Shown here: positions 1-11,003 of the stretch, piece after piece
Layout: every line of letters starts with the position of its first letter
Numbering within the stretch: position 1 is the first letter of the stretch
Translations under genes and position numbers: made by a program
NCBI GenBank assembly: GCA_000182565.2
Contig: KQ257451.1
Reading direction: 5' to 3' (one strand)
Origin: Spizellomyces punctatus DAOM BR117
Taxonomy: Eukaryota
DNA: 64,000 nucleotides
Notes under the pieces: model-generated
The model's database searches: none
What the model saw: the letters and a program-made list of their open reading frames with translations, nothing else
What the model was told of the DNA's origin: nothing

Positions 1-1
1 C

Positions 2-3000
2 GATCATCTTTTACACTTCGCTATTCAACAAAGAGCTGGTTTGTCACAGGTGGCTAGTCACTATGGGCCCCTATCTGCCATGGCAACGCAGATCGCAGAA
101 GTGTACGGTACTGGAGAAGCAGAATCGGAAAATGTTGCTCTAGTTCCTGGATGGAAGATCGTCAAGATGCTCAGAGAGCAAAAAGATGCTATAGACGAAG
201 CAATGGCGGTAGTTATTCAGGGAGTGATTCTTGCTGATGCGTATGTTCGCTCGAAACAAGAAGGCATCGAAGTTAGAAGAGCACTTGAAGCTGTCCGCGC
301 TAAAATGTCCTCATTGAAAAAGGACGTTGACGATCGATATGCGTTGCACGCTGCTAGCACTGTACCTGCTGTTGCAGTTGAGTCTGCCGTTCGCATGATG
401 TTCAGCAATGCTGCTGCCTTATCGGAAATGGAGCGGCATGTGAAGGATCTCAATGGCATGCACCCGGACGTCTCCTACATTTTGGACGACCTGGCTGATG
501 TTTTGCGGGAAAAGGTGGCGATTGTCAATTCGGCTGTTACTGAGATGTTTGGTGAAAACGAAGCTAGCGGAGACGAACTTGACAATGCGGCTGTGGAAGA
601 GTTCACTGCTAGGGTGGATGATGCTATCACAGCTATGCTTCTGTCCTTCCAGGCACTCATGAGCATCGATGAAACCGCTGCGCCGAACGGTACAACGAAC
701 GGGGTGTGCGACGATGAAGATGATGCGTTTGGCTTACGAAAGCGCTACCTTATCGATGCACACCAAAGAACTGTTAACCTCTTCCGTTCCGGACATCTTG
801 GGAACGTCCTGGAAGCGTTCAATAGTCTGCTCTCCGGTGTCCACATGGACACGCAATCGATTCAAAGTCGCAGATACTTTGCAAGCTTGGTACGCAGGAT
901 TTATCCGTTATTCAACCAGTATCTTCTTGCCGTCCGCAGAAGTTTGCTAGATTGCATCTTGCAACATAAGTCGATGTTAAAGTTCGCGTACATATTGTGT
1001 AACACATTCGGGCAACTGTACAAAGATGGCTTCTGTGTGCCGCGCGATGAAAAAGACGACGGGGCAGATGATGATACCACAATGGAAGACAATGTAGCTG
1101 GCACAGGAATTGGCGAAGGCGAAGGCAACAAGGACGTTAGCGACGAAATCGAAAATGAAGACCAAGTGGAAGGCATGCAAAACGAAGCGCCAGCCAAACC
1201 GGATCCACAAAAGAAGATCGATGATGAAGAAAACGGTATTGAGATGGATACAGACTTTGACGGAAAGTTGGAGGATGTTGATGCGGAGGACGAAGAGGAA
1301 GACGATGCTCGTGATAATGAAGAAGAGAGCGAAGAGCCAGAAGAGCAAATGGGAGATGTAGATGGTAATGCTAATGTAGTAGACGAGAAACTTTGGGGAG
1401 ATGATGATAAAGACGAAGATGTGAACGGCCAAGATGAGAAGACAGAGAGAGATGCACCTGCGCAAGATGGCGGTGGGGAAACCGAGATGGCGGCCAAGGA
1501 AGGTGGAGGAAATGATGAAGAAGAGTCATCAGACCGCCAAGAGCGTGAAGACAATCAGCGACAAGAGGCTCAGCAAAACGTGGAACCTCAGAATGCCAAC
1601 GAAGACGGCGAGGAAGACAGCAACGAGGATATCATCAATGAAGATAATGAAGCGAAATACGAGGATAGTCATGGCATAGACCCGAAGGCTGCTGATGAAA
1701 AGGAGCAACAGGAGCAAGAGGAAGAGGATGACATGGAGCTACCAGATGATATGGATATGGACGCTAATGAACAAGAGGAGGACGACAGAGATGGAGGTCG
1801 TGATCAAAGTGCAGATAGAATGGATCTTAATAGCAGTGAAGACATGAATCATGGCAATGAGGAGTCGCTAGAGGAAGAAAAAGATGAAGAAACTAATAAT
1901 GTTGAGGAAGAGAAGCAACCTGACGAAGCGGCAGCTGAGGAAGCTCAGCAAGAGGGGTCAGAAACTTTGGAACCGGAAGCGCTGGCCGAACAGGAGGAAC
2001 AAAATACCGAACAAGGACCTGAGGTGGAAGTCGAAAAGAATAATATCCAGGAAAATCGGGAAAGCGCACATGAGGAGCAAGAACCAGAGAAGCCAGATAG
2101 CGAACAATCTCCGGAAGATGCAACTCAAGCAGTAGACGATCAGATTCAAAGCAGCACCCAACCATATGGCGTCAAAGGAGCTTCTGGTGAAAAATCTGCG
2201 TTAAACGTTCAGCCGGATGAGATGTCCGAGGAAATCCCGGAAGACGGAGAAAATGGCAGTGCTAATGAAGATTTCACTCCAGGCGCTGAGAAAAGTCAGC
2301 GTCGTTCGCAACACTCGAGGAATGAAGGAAGAGACAAGTCGAGGAAAGACGAAAACATGGATCCAAATCCAAGGAGGAGCCTGGGCGATGCGCTGAAGAA
2401 ATGGATGTCGCGGCTGAAGAATATTTCAGAGTCCACAGAAGAAGAAAAAACTAACCGGGAGGAGTTCAACGATGAGCCGCTTTTGGATGGAGACAAGGCT
2501 CTTGAATATGAATTTGTTAAAGAAGATGATGAAGCAGCCGATGCACAAGCCATGGCAGACGCAACTGCGGATCAATTTGAAGAGATGGACAGAAAAGCCT
2601 TGGCTGACGATAAAGAAGAAAAAGAGTGTGGAACTGATGACGCCATGGATGTTGAGGAACATCAGGAAGATGTACCTGACGAACAAGGGACTACGTCGCG
2701 GGAACCAGATGCACAGAAGAAAGGGAGGTCAGAAAACCCGAGCGGGGCAATCGACTTGGGACTCAATGAAAAAGACGGCAAGGAGGTGGAGAACAAAGTC
2801 AGGAACGACGAGGAGGATGTCGGTGGTGTGGATACCATGGATGTCGATGAAGAGGAGGTGGATGATATCGAATGGACTCGTCCTCGTGCATTGAATGAGG
2901 GCGATACTCTAGCTGATGATGAGGCCGACGAGAGCACTCTTATGGACAGCCATCAGTACGATGAATTGCGTCTGGAGTTGGAACAGTCAGTCGCCGCCTG

Positions 3001-3889
3001 GCGTGAAAGCGGTCAAGATCCGCGTGAAGCAGAAGAGTTGTGGCGCAACTACACAGCGTTAACCAGAGACTTGTCCTTTGCTCTGTGTGAGCAACTTCGG
3101 CTTATTCTGGAGCCAACTCTTGCCACCAAGCTCAAGGGTGATTACAGAACCGGAAAGCGGTTGAATATGCGGAAAATCATCCCCTACATTGCAAGTCAGT
3201 TCAAAAAGGACAAGATCTGGCTACGACGCACAAAACCATCAAAACGCACATATCAGATTATGATTGCTATTGACGATTCGCGGTCAATGGCCGAGTCGCG
3301 ATCTGTACAGCTTGCATACGAGTCACTCGCCGTGATCACCAAAGCATTGACACAGCTGGAGGCTGGAGACGTCTCAGTCTTAAGTTTCGGCGAGGATGTC
3401 AAGCTCCTGCACCCTTTCGATCGCCCGTTCTCGGATGATGCGGGCGCGGATGTCATCCGGCGTTTTACGTTCAAGCAAGATCGAACCCATGTGCGTAAAA
3501 TGATGGAAACAGCGATGGGGATATTGGATCATGCACGTACTCAGAGTGGGGCGGGTCCCGGATCTGATCTATGGCAACTGCAGCTTGTGATTTCAGATGG
3601 TATCTGCGAGGACCATGAGCTCGTACAGGCCTTGGTACGCAAGGCTGCTGAGCAGCGAATCATGGTTGTTTTTATTGTGCTGGATAATCGGAGGGAGAAG
3701 GACTCGATCACAAAAATGACAAACGTAACATACGGTGTAGACCTTTCAACGGGGCGCCCGACTCTACAAATGAGTCGGTATATGGATACCTTCCCGTTTG
3801 ATTACTATGTGGTCGTCAAGGATATCGGAACCCTACCGGAAGTATTAGCGGATACGCTACGGCAATACTTCATGTTTGTAAATGCATAA
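2..3889 (+). CDS. MDN1: Midasin (Rea1) AAA-ATPase, C-terminal part: linker, D/E-rich region and MIDAS/VWA domain; 5' end lies outside the window
   Basis: Frame is open from base 2. Contains GTGIGEGEGNKDVSDEIENEDQ, a long acidic tract, LCEQLRLILEPTLATKLKGDYRTGKRLNMRKIIPYIASQFKKDKIWLRRTKPSKR and the MIDAS DxSxS motif (IDDSRS). Confidence 0.97.
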   Translation, partial: DHLLHFAIQQRAGLSQVASHYGPLSAMATQIAEVYGTGEAESENVALVPGWKIVKMLREQKDAIDEAMAVVIQGVILADAYVRSKQEGIEVRRALEAVRAKMSSLKKDVDDRYALHAASTVPAVAVESAVRMMFSNAAALSEMERHVKDLNGMHPDVSYILDDLADVLREKVAIVNSAVTEMFGENEASGDELDNAAVEEFTARVDDAITAMLLSFQALMSIDETAAPNGTTNGVCDDEDDAFGLRKRYLIDAHQRTVNLFRSGHLGNVLEAFNSLLSGVHMDTQSIQSRRYFASLVRRIYPLFNQYLLAVRRSLLDCILQHKSMLKFAYILCNTFGQLYKDGFCVPRDEKDDGADDDTTMEDNVAGTGIGEGEGNKDVSDEIENEDQVEGMQNEAPAKPDPQKKIDDEENGIEMDTDFDGKLEDVDAEDEEEDDARDNEEESEEPEEQMGDVDGNANVVDEKLWGDDDKDEDVNGQDEKTERDAPAQDGGGETEMAAKEGGGNDEEESSDRQEREDNQRQEAQQNVEPQNANEDGEEDSNEDIINEDNEAKYEDSHGIDPKAADEKEQQEQEEEDDMELPDDMDMDANEQEEDDRDGGRDQSADRMDLNSSEDMNHGNEESLEEEKDEETNNVEEEKQPDEAAAEEAQQEGSETLEPEALAEQEEQNTEQGPEVEVEKNNIQENRESAHEEQEPEKPDSEQSPEDATQAVDDQIQSSTQPYGVKGASGEKSALNVQPDEMSEEIPEDGENGSANEDFTPGAEKSQRRSQHSRNEGRDKSRKDENMDPNPRRSLGDALKKWMSRLKNISESTEEEKTNREEFNDEPLLDGDKALEYEFVKEDDEAADAQAMADATADQFEEMDRKALADDKEEKECGTDDAMDVEEHQEDVPDEQGTTSREPDAQKKGRSENPSGAIDLGLNEKDGKEVENKVRNDEEDVGGVDTMDVDEEEVDDIEWTRPRALNEGDTLADDEADESTLMDSHQYDELRLELEQSVAAWRESGQDPREAEELWRNYTALTRDLSFALCEQLRLILEPTLATKLKGDYRTGKRLNMRKIIPYIASQFKKDKIWLRRTKPSKRTYQIMIAIDDSRSMAESRSVQLAYESLAVITKALTQLEAGDVSVLSFGEDVKLLHPFDRPFSDDAGADVIRRFTFKQDRTHVRKMMETAMGILDHARTQSGAGPGSDLWQLQLVISDGICEDHELVQALVRKAAEQRIMVVFIVLDNRREKDSITKMTNVTYGVDLSTGRPTLQMSRYMDTFPFDYYVVVKDIGTLPEVLADTLRQYFMFVNA

Positions 3890-4019
3890 GTTAATTTGTA
3901 GCATTAGTGTAATTGGTTGTGGGCAGCTAATATAGTATAGGATAATTGGCTATTTATTAGACATTTGTATATAGAGACAATGGAATATATTGAATTTGAT
4001 GAACATAAGCTCTTAATAT

Positions 4020-4823
4020 CTATTTCTCATGCATAATTACCTTTTCGTCAACCACCTCCCCATTTTTATCCCTAACTACTACCACGGTAGCGATATGTAC
4101 GTCCTCTTCCTTAACGAGCAAAGCTGTAAACTTTTTCAGCAAGCTCTTCTTTTCCTTCTTAATCTTTTCCTGCTGTTGGGGGAGAGGCTCAGAGTGAGCA
4201 CTAGCCGATTCCTCAGCTACTATTGTGGCATCAGTATCAGTTGGCTCGCGGTAGGCATGTAAAAGCCGTCTAACTTCCTCGACCCCTCGTTTAGCCACAT
4301 CCACATTTCCATTAGCCCAGAGACCCACCAAATCCCCACCCGGGGCGCCTCCTCCAATAGCGATGGCGGCCCTTGCCACAAGCGATACGGGGATGATAGT
4401 GAAAGTCCATTTGGGATGGTTACGATAGACTCGCGGCCATTGTTGGGCAACGTGGGAAGCTAATGCATCCCACAGTCCCGCAGCAGGTAAAATGGCCAAC
4501 TGAACCGCATTGCGAACCAACCCAAAAAAGGCATTCGGGCTATCTTCCTCGAGGGATTTATTTAAAACGGTTGCGTCGTGATGGTACAACCAGTGCAAGA
4601 GAGTATCGAATTGTTCGGGCACTGGTAGTTGTACTTGAATGGTTGGGAGGACATTTGCGTTGGGGGACTTGCCATTATTGGTGCTCAACCATTGTTTAAT
4701 CATCGAAGCGAAAAAGGTGGATTGTGCCGCTAGAACTTGAGCCCGTGAATGCGGGACAGTGTAAGTTCCCGTTGGGGCGTTGTTGACATCAAGGACCTGC
4801 AGGTAGCAAAGTAAAGGATCCAT
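4020..4823 (-). CDS. BTB/POZ-like domain protein, single exon
   Basis: 267-aa ATG ORF. The pattern VLAAQSTFFASMI...IQVQLPVPEQFDTLLHWLY is typical of fungal BTB-fold proteins. Confidence 0.6.
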   Translation of the reverse strand: MDPLLCYLQVLDVNNAPTGTYTVPHSRAQVLAAQSTFFASMIKQWLSTNNGKSPNANVLPTIQVQLPVPEQFDTLLHWLYHHDATVLNKSLEEDSPNAFFGLVRNAVQLAILPAAGLWDALASHVAQQWPRVYRNHPKWTFTIIPVSLVARAAIAIGGGAPGGDLVGLWANGNVDVAKRGVEEVRRLLHAYREPTDTDATIVAEESASAHSEPLPQQQEKIKKEKKSLLKKFTALLVKEEDVHIATVVVVRDKNGEVVDEKVIMHEK

Positions 4824-5894
4824 GGCTGCGTAAGTAAGATTGTAGGTTGCGTCCTTCTCCTCGAAAGTTGGCGAACGAAGGGCGAGTGAATTGGAATGGT
4901 AATGGAGTCGTTTTGAGATTATACCTTAAGTTTCTCATTCCTCGAACATGAGTATTCATGCCCGATGAATAGATACAGATGCTTTCATCTAACCAGCGGA
5001 CCATTCTTCGCAACAGCTGGAGACCAAAAGGGCACTTTTGAAATTTTTTCGAAGTTGATTTCAGTTAAGATGACAAGGAATCCCAAGTAAAGCAACAAGG
5101 GCCTAGCCCAGATATGTCGTCCTATATCGCGTCCTTTCACTTTCTTTGTTCTGCTGACTTTGCGACTGAATAAGCAGTTGACCCGCAAGGTATTTCCAAG
5201 TTTCCTGCCAGTTGTATTAGTTTTGCACTAGTGTTTATAGCGAGCTATAAACTTTCAGCACTGTCCATTCATGTGCACTGCTCGAGGTCGGGAGTTTCAT
5301 CCAGCCAGGTAATCGAAAGACCAAAAAAGGACCATGCTTGTTGAGTGGTAAATATTTCAGCAATCGACAAAAGCAGTTTATAAGTTGTTTTTATCGCCCA
5401 AATCAATCGTGACTGAATGAGGCTTTCAAATGTTCAGTCCAAAAGATGTTGATCGATAGGCTTGCAAGAATGGTAACTCACAGTCAAAATCAGTTGTTCC
5501 AGACGTACAACCGAAGGACCACCATGCAAAGAATCAAGAATCATGAACTTGGGACATGTTACAGAGAAAGCATCCCAACAAACGAGGTTTGCAGATGAGC
5601 GGACCATGTGAGATTTCAGGTTTCTGCACGTTTGGCTATGAAAGGGATGATGATCTATGGCATCTTGACAGCCAAATGCTGCTAGGAAACGTCAAATAAC
5701 ATACAGAACCAATACATATAGACAAGTGCACAACCAAACAGCACAAAGCAAGGCAATCTATTATACAATTCTAAGCTAGACCCGTCTTCCAAGCACTTGG
5801 TATGGGGGTATTTTGCATGATTACAAAAGTGGATCAACCACTGATTGTACCCAACTGCTAGGTAATCTCACCGACATGCCTGCATCGTTAAATT

Positions 5895-6769
5895 TCACAG
5901 CAAAAACTTTGGTGAGGGTTCCTTCTGCATGAGTTTCTTTATCTTGTTCAAGATACGTCGCAATTTCTTTGAAGAAGGTGACGACGGTGTCTTATCGAAT
6001 TCTTTAATTACATCGAGAGGCATGCCAACTGGAACATGTACAGAGTCACTTTGGAGAGTTGATATGGATCCCACGGGAGGTGAACGATAATGGTCTGCTT
6101 CGAAGAAAAGGAAGGGAAATGGGAATTCTGCCCCTTCCTCCATGCCGGAAGGAATCGGGGTCCGTGGGCGATCAGCTGCGGTCGAGATATCCCTGCGCGA
6201 TTGTAACGAGCTGCTGGGCGCGTTGCATGTGGCCATAGACCCAAGAGTCATTGATGGACGTGAGCCGGAAGTGCCTGGGATGCAGAGTCTTTGCGTCAAG
6301 GAGAACTCTGGCGAGCTCACAGAGACTTCCCTTTGCAGCAAGGAGGGCCGCGGCTCCATATACGCATCTGAAGGATATCGACCTTGCTTGAATGGGGTTG
6401 GTGCTTCGTCGTCGGAGGATGAGAACGAGTCGCTGGCGTCAAAGGAAGCTCGTGGATGAAACAATGTTAACCCATCAGACATAGTTGGCGGGTCTAACGA
6501 GGCAACCACGGTGGAATTTTCCGTCTTGCATCGACGTAATGCCAATTTGGTTCGCAGTTTAGTGGCTGCATCATTACGATCGCCATTCGATATGGTTACC
6601 GACCTCCGTGGTGGGTGTTTTGGCAACACAGGATCCTGATGCTCCGAACTATTGTTTCACATTAGAAGCTTTACTACTAGTACTTGCCATGGAACGAAAC
6701 ATTGCAGATGACCTACGCTTGCTCCAAAATCGGATCAAGAAAGGTCAATGAAGTCATGCCGCTGGACAT
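5895..6769 (-). CDS. Hypothetical Ser/Pro-rich protein, probably 2 exons
   Basis: The 244-aa ORF has no ATG start. An upstream exon MSSGMTSLTFLDPILEQ joins in frame through a gtaggt...ctaat...aatag intron. Confidence 0.5.
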
Positions 6770-7926
6770 CCTCTGCAACTGGTGGCTACTGGATCGTCAA
6801 GTAGTGGGGAAGGGGAGTCCAGGGTTTATTAAGTCAGAGGGCTTTATAGAGCTATCGACAGTCTGCTCTGACGAGACCCAAGGACAATGCCATGGATCTG
6901 GTGATCAGCTCTAGACAGGGTCTTACTGTCAAGCTTACAAACCACACATTCGGCCACCAAAATAGCACTCATAAACCATTATCAACGCGTTCAAACGACA
7001 TCATTGAAGAGGCGCTAGGGGGGAACATTAGACCTTTATCCTATCAACGCAACGATTAACCAGCCTCATTAACAATGGGTTAGTGAGAGCCGGTAACGAA
7101 TTACGTCTGAAGAACATTTGAGGGTGTGTGGGACATGGCTCATGCAAGGGTTCTGCAATCGGACATTTACCTAGACCTTTCAAGGATGTTCTCTCCACTT
7201 AGACTTGAAGAACGTGATGATTCCACGCAAATAACAACAAGACACATCGAAAGGAGTCATCACCTTTAAGGGAACTGTTGACCCTTACACCAAGCGGGTA
7301 TAGGCATGGAATAGTAAGCCTGCCATCAACCTGGTCCAAGGACTCGCTTTACATAGAGGCCCTGCTACTTATTTCCTCATATACGTTGGTTAATCGGCAT
7401 GAAATAATGAGCTGTCATTAAACTGGGCCGACGACTAGCAGTAGAGGAGAGCTTACTACTTCATTTTTTTTAAAAGAATTTATTGAACGGAAGCAACATG
7501 TCCCTCGTGGGCTGTGGCCGATACTAGGAAAGTTCCAAGCGCCTCTATCGCCCGCCTACCCATCAGATCACGTAATCAGCCGCCCTCAGTGAATATCATC
7601 AAGACCTGTTCCGCCTTCCGTAAATTATAGTGAGCTTCCGAGTTGAGGGTCCCAGATAGCGTTCCATGTGGAGGTCATGGGCTGCCATATTGGAGCATTA
7701 CATTATTGACTTGGAACGAGCCAACAGTATTGCCATAAGGTCTTTGTCATGATACGACACTTCAACTAACTTTGCATTTGATGTGCTTTTATTGGGATAT
7801 GCACGTGTTTTCCCAGATGAAGTAGAGGACTCCCAACGATCAGCACTCTTAAGCTATATTATATTGCAATTGGTAAGCTTGGTGCTGTCTAGTATCGGTC
7901 CATACACCACGAATTAAAATAAACTA

Positions 7927-10002
7927 TTACAGCTGCCCAGATCGAACGATCGAAACCTTTCGAGTCGTCCGCCCGGAAGGTGTTCCATATGTCTCCATCC
8001 TTTGCATGACGCTAAACCCATCCACGACTCGCCCAAAGACAACATGCTTACCATCCAACCAAGGAGTAGGTACTGTGCAGATGAAAAACTGGGATCCGTT
8101 CGTTCCTGGCCCAGCAGTAGCCATGGAGAGAGTTCCCTCTCCAGAATGCTTTAGGTTAAAGTTCTCATCGTCAAATTTCCCCCCGTAAATAGATATTCCT
8201 CCGCTGCCATCGCCTCGTGTAATATCACCGCCTTGGCACATAAATTTTGGGATGATGCGATGGAAGATCGAGTTTGCGTACCCAAAACCTTTCTCCCCCG
8301 TGCAGAGGGCACGGAAGTTTTCAACTGTTTTAGGAACAACGTCGGCACGGAGCTGCGAGGGGGGATGCGGTGCATTAGCGAGATGTTGCTTATTTCATGC
8401 GAAAAATTTGCTACCTCCATAATAATACGACCAATAGTGTCGTTATCCACGGCGATATCAAAGAATACTCTCGGGTTTTGTCGTTGACGGGATGGAAGTG
8501 GAGGTAACCTTGGATTTGATATGTTCTCCAACAGGATTATTCGCTCCTCTGCTTCTACTGCTCGCTTCACTGCCTTGTCTGTTTTCTCTTTCTCTAGGGC
8601 AAGAGCTTTGAGCAAATCAGTAATCTTTTGTTCTGCTTCCTCTGCTCGCTTCTCTGCAGCTAGTAATTGCGCACGTGAAGGTATATTTCGATCCTTATGT
8701 ATCAACTGTCAATTAGGGTAGACGAGAGATAACCAAGCGCTAGCATTCAACCTTCAGTTGACTTTTAAACAACTCTTCTTGTTCATCCTTCTTTCGATCT
8801 CTGGCAAGTAAATCAGAGGGTTATACTGAAATTCAGGTACAGCCATGTGTTCAAACCTACTGTAAATATGAACAAAAGGCCGTGAAACATTTGTCCTGGT
8901 GCCTACGTTTCTCTTTCTCTTCCCCATTCGAAGGAAATTTATAATCTTCTCTTGCAAATTCTAGTTTAGCTACCGGACATCCGAGTTGCTCCCAGGTAAA
9001 CAGATCGATTTCTTTGGGTTTCCAAAGTTGACGAAGAAAATCTTCAACTTTGTTTGTCTGAAAGCGCTTGTCGCGGGGGTTCAGTATCCAATAGAAATTA
9101 TCTGTTTTTTGCTTGTTTGCATTCCATTGTAGAACTAGCAGAGAGTAGCAAATATTGGCTTTGGGGAGAGATCAAAGGTAAACGAATACTGGATAAGATA
9201 CTTTTACCTTGACCATTGCACTGCTCCTGTTCATTGGATCCAATGTGCTGCTCGAACTCCTTATGTGCTTTCAACCGTCCCCCGCGGCTTCGCGGGAATA
9301 TGTGATCCACCTCGAACGTGCATTGTCCGGAATTTGTCAAGATGCTGATAACGTTTCCAGATCGATCGATGCCAAATAGCTCCTGGAGCGCTTCTCTGAC
9401 GGGTTCTCCTAAACCTTCCCATATGGCTCTTATTTCAGAATCCAAGTGTACAGCGCATGTGCACTTTGCGTGGTCCCCATCGTCGGGGGATTTCAAGAAG
9501 CGCTCACGGGCTTCCCATAAATACCGGTTGCCAGCATTGCCAAGGTTATCCGGGTTGGTGGTATTCAGTACTAGTTGGAGGGTATTCCCTATATCTATTA
9601 CGCCGCCCTTGAAATTCGTCTTTATCCACTCATCGATTTTTGGATATTTCTTCTGCCAGTATTTATCGAGGGAGTTGAATAAAACTTCACGCTTTTCCTG
9701 CGGAACCACAAAATCTCCTTGCTTGTTCGTTGTAATGTAACTTAGGTCATCAAGCAGTGCACGTATGGCTTTTCCAACGAATGATTCCTTGCTGATGATA
9801 CCAGACGTGGAATCGATGGAGAACTCATTCTCCCAGTCGGAAGGGAAATTGCGCCCTTCTCGCCAGCCGAACTGTTAACTTGCATATCAGTTCGGATGTA
9901 AGACCTGGACATTTGGTACATTGATGAACTAACCGTCTTCTTAATCAGTTGGATTTCGTCATCGTCGGTTTCCCCGGCTCCTGATCGAGTAGTCACTGGC
10001 AT
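7927..10002 (-). CDS. HNH endonuclease, coiled coil and cyclophilin (PPIase) fusion protein, about 598 aa, 6 exons: 10002-9934, 9871-9208, 9158-8861, 8800-8752, 8705-8415, 8352-7927
   Basis: Five GT-AG introns of 46-62 nt give a stop-free 1797-nt CDS. HNH-like motif IDRSGNVI...[15 protein letters not shown]...[11 protein letters not shown]; heptad region [26 protein letters not shown]; cyclophilin NPRVFFDI...[14 protein letters not shown]...NGSQFFI...[10 protein letters not shown]. Confidence 0.8.
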
Positions 10003-10893
10003 TATAATCTCCAGTTGTTACTCGCCACAGACCTTCTATGTCCACAAAAATATGATATGAGTGAAACGCTCATTGGGTTCGGGCGAATTTATACAGGAAG
10101 CATTGAATGCCAAGCGCCTCATGATACTGAAGGTTGAGCCTTCCCCATTGAGATGGGGTCTGCAGGGATTAATGAATATCAGTATGCAGCTTTGAATTGT
10201 TGAGAGCAGTAAATATTGTCCACTCTGAATTCTGAACAGGAGCAAAACCAGTTGTTGACAGCATGATTTGTTAGCATCTCCATTCCTATATCAGACTCAG
10301 AATCTTTCTCAGTTTGTAGCGAGTGAACAGAAGGCTCGGGAACAGAGACTGCGGATTATTTTGCCCGAGCAGTCTAGCGACTTCTTTGGCGTATAAGTTA
10401 GTTTTTGAGATGACACTTATGGCACCTCAATCTCAGTCGATGTAGCTGTTGGCACCCTTTGACATCCATTCTTTTAACAATTGCTCATCGCATTTCACCA
10501 GTACGGCCGAGCCGGAAACAACGACGGTCAACTAGCCGCTGAAGACGAAAGATTACCCGCCTCGTTTCAAACGAATTGGGTGATTGACGGATACGCCATG
10601 AGCCATTGCACGAGTGTCGCAAAACACGCGGCGCGCCTTGGATGCGAACACGTTGGGCACTTGAACGCCTTTGAAGGTCAAGTTGGACAGTCTTGTCCTT
10701 TTTGCTGAGCCCCGCTTACCGTGCTTGGCACCATTTAATTGACACTTTCTGGATCGGGATCCCTTATTTGCACCCGCATGCGGTGCTGTAACTTACGGTA
10801 TATGTTGCGCAATGTGCGCTGGCGGGGGAGACAGTTACCCTTTGGCTTTGGCGGGTGATTCCATCATCGAACAATTGCGCTCAAAGCCCGAGT

Positions 10894-10900
10894 TATAAAA
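10894..10900 (+). promoter_or_regulatory. TATA box of the C2-domain gene
   Basis: TATAAAA about 105 nt upstream of the ATG at 11004. Confidence 0.5.
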
Positions 10901-11003
10901 AGGGGACAACCTGGCTCGCGTTCCCATATCGCTTTAACCAACCGGATACCAGCAGCAGTACCAATACATTTACACACACTCAACTCGCAACCGCAAATAA
11001 ATC

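Noticed and set aside
901-2937. Long antisense and alternative-frame ORFs over midasin (also over 14340-17096 and 55285-59826)
   Set aside because: These are shadow ORFs expected from acidic, low-complexity codon usage.
9098-9709. HNH ORF as a free-standing homing endonuclease or IscB/Cas9-like element
   Set aside because: No RuvC motifs, terminal repeats, or self-splicing intron or intein context were seen, and it splices in frame with the flanking exons.
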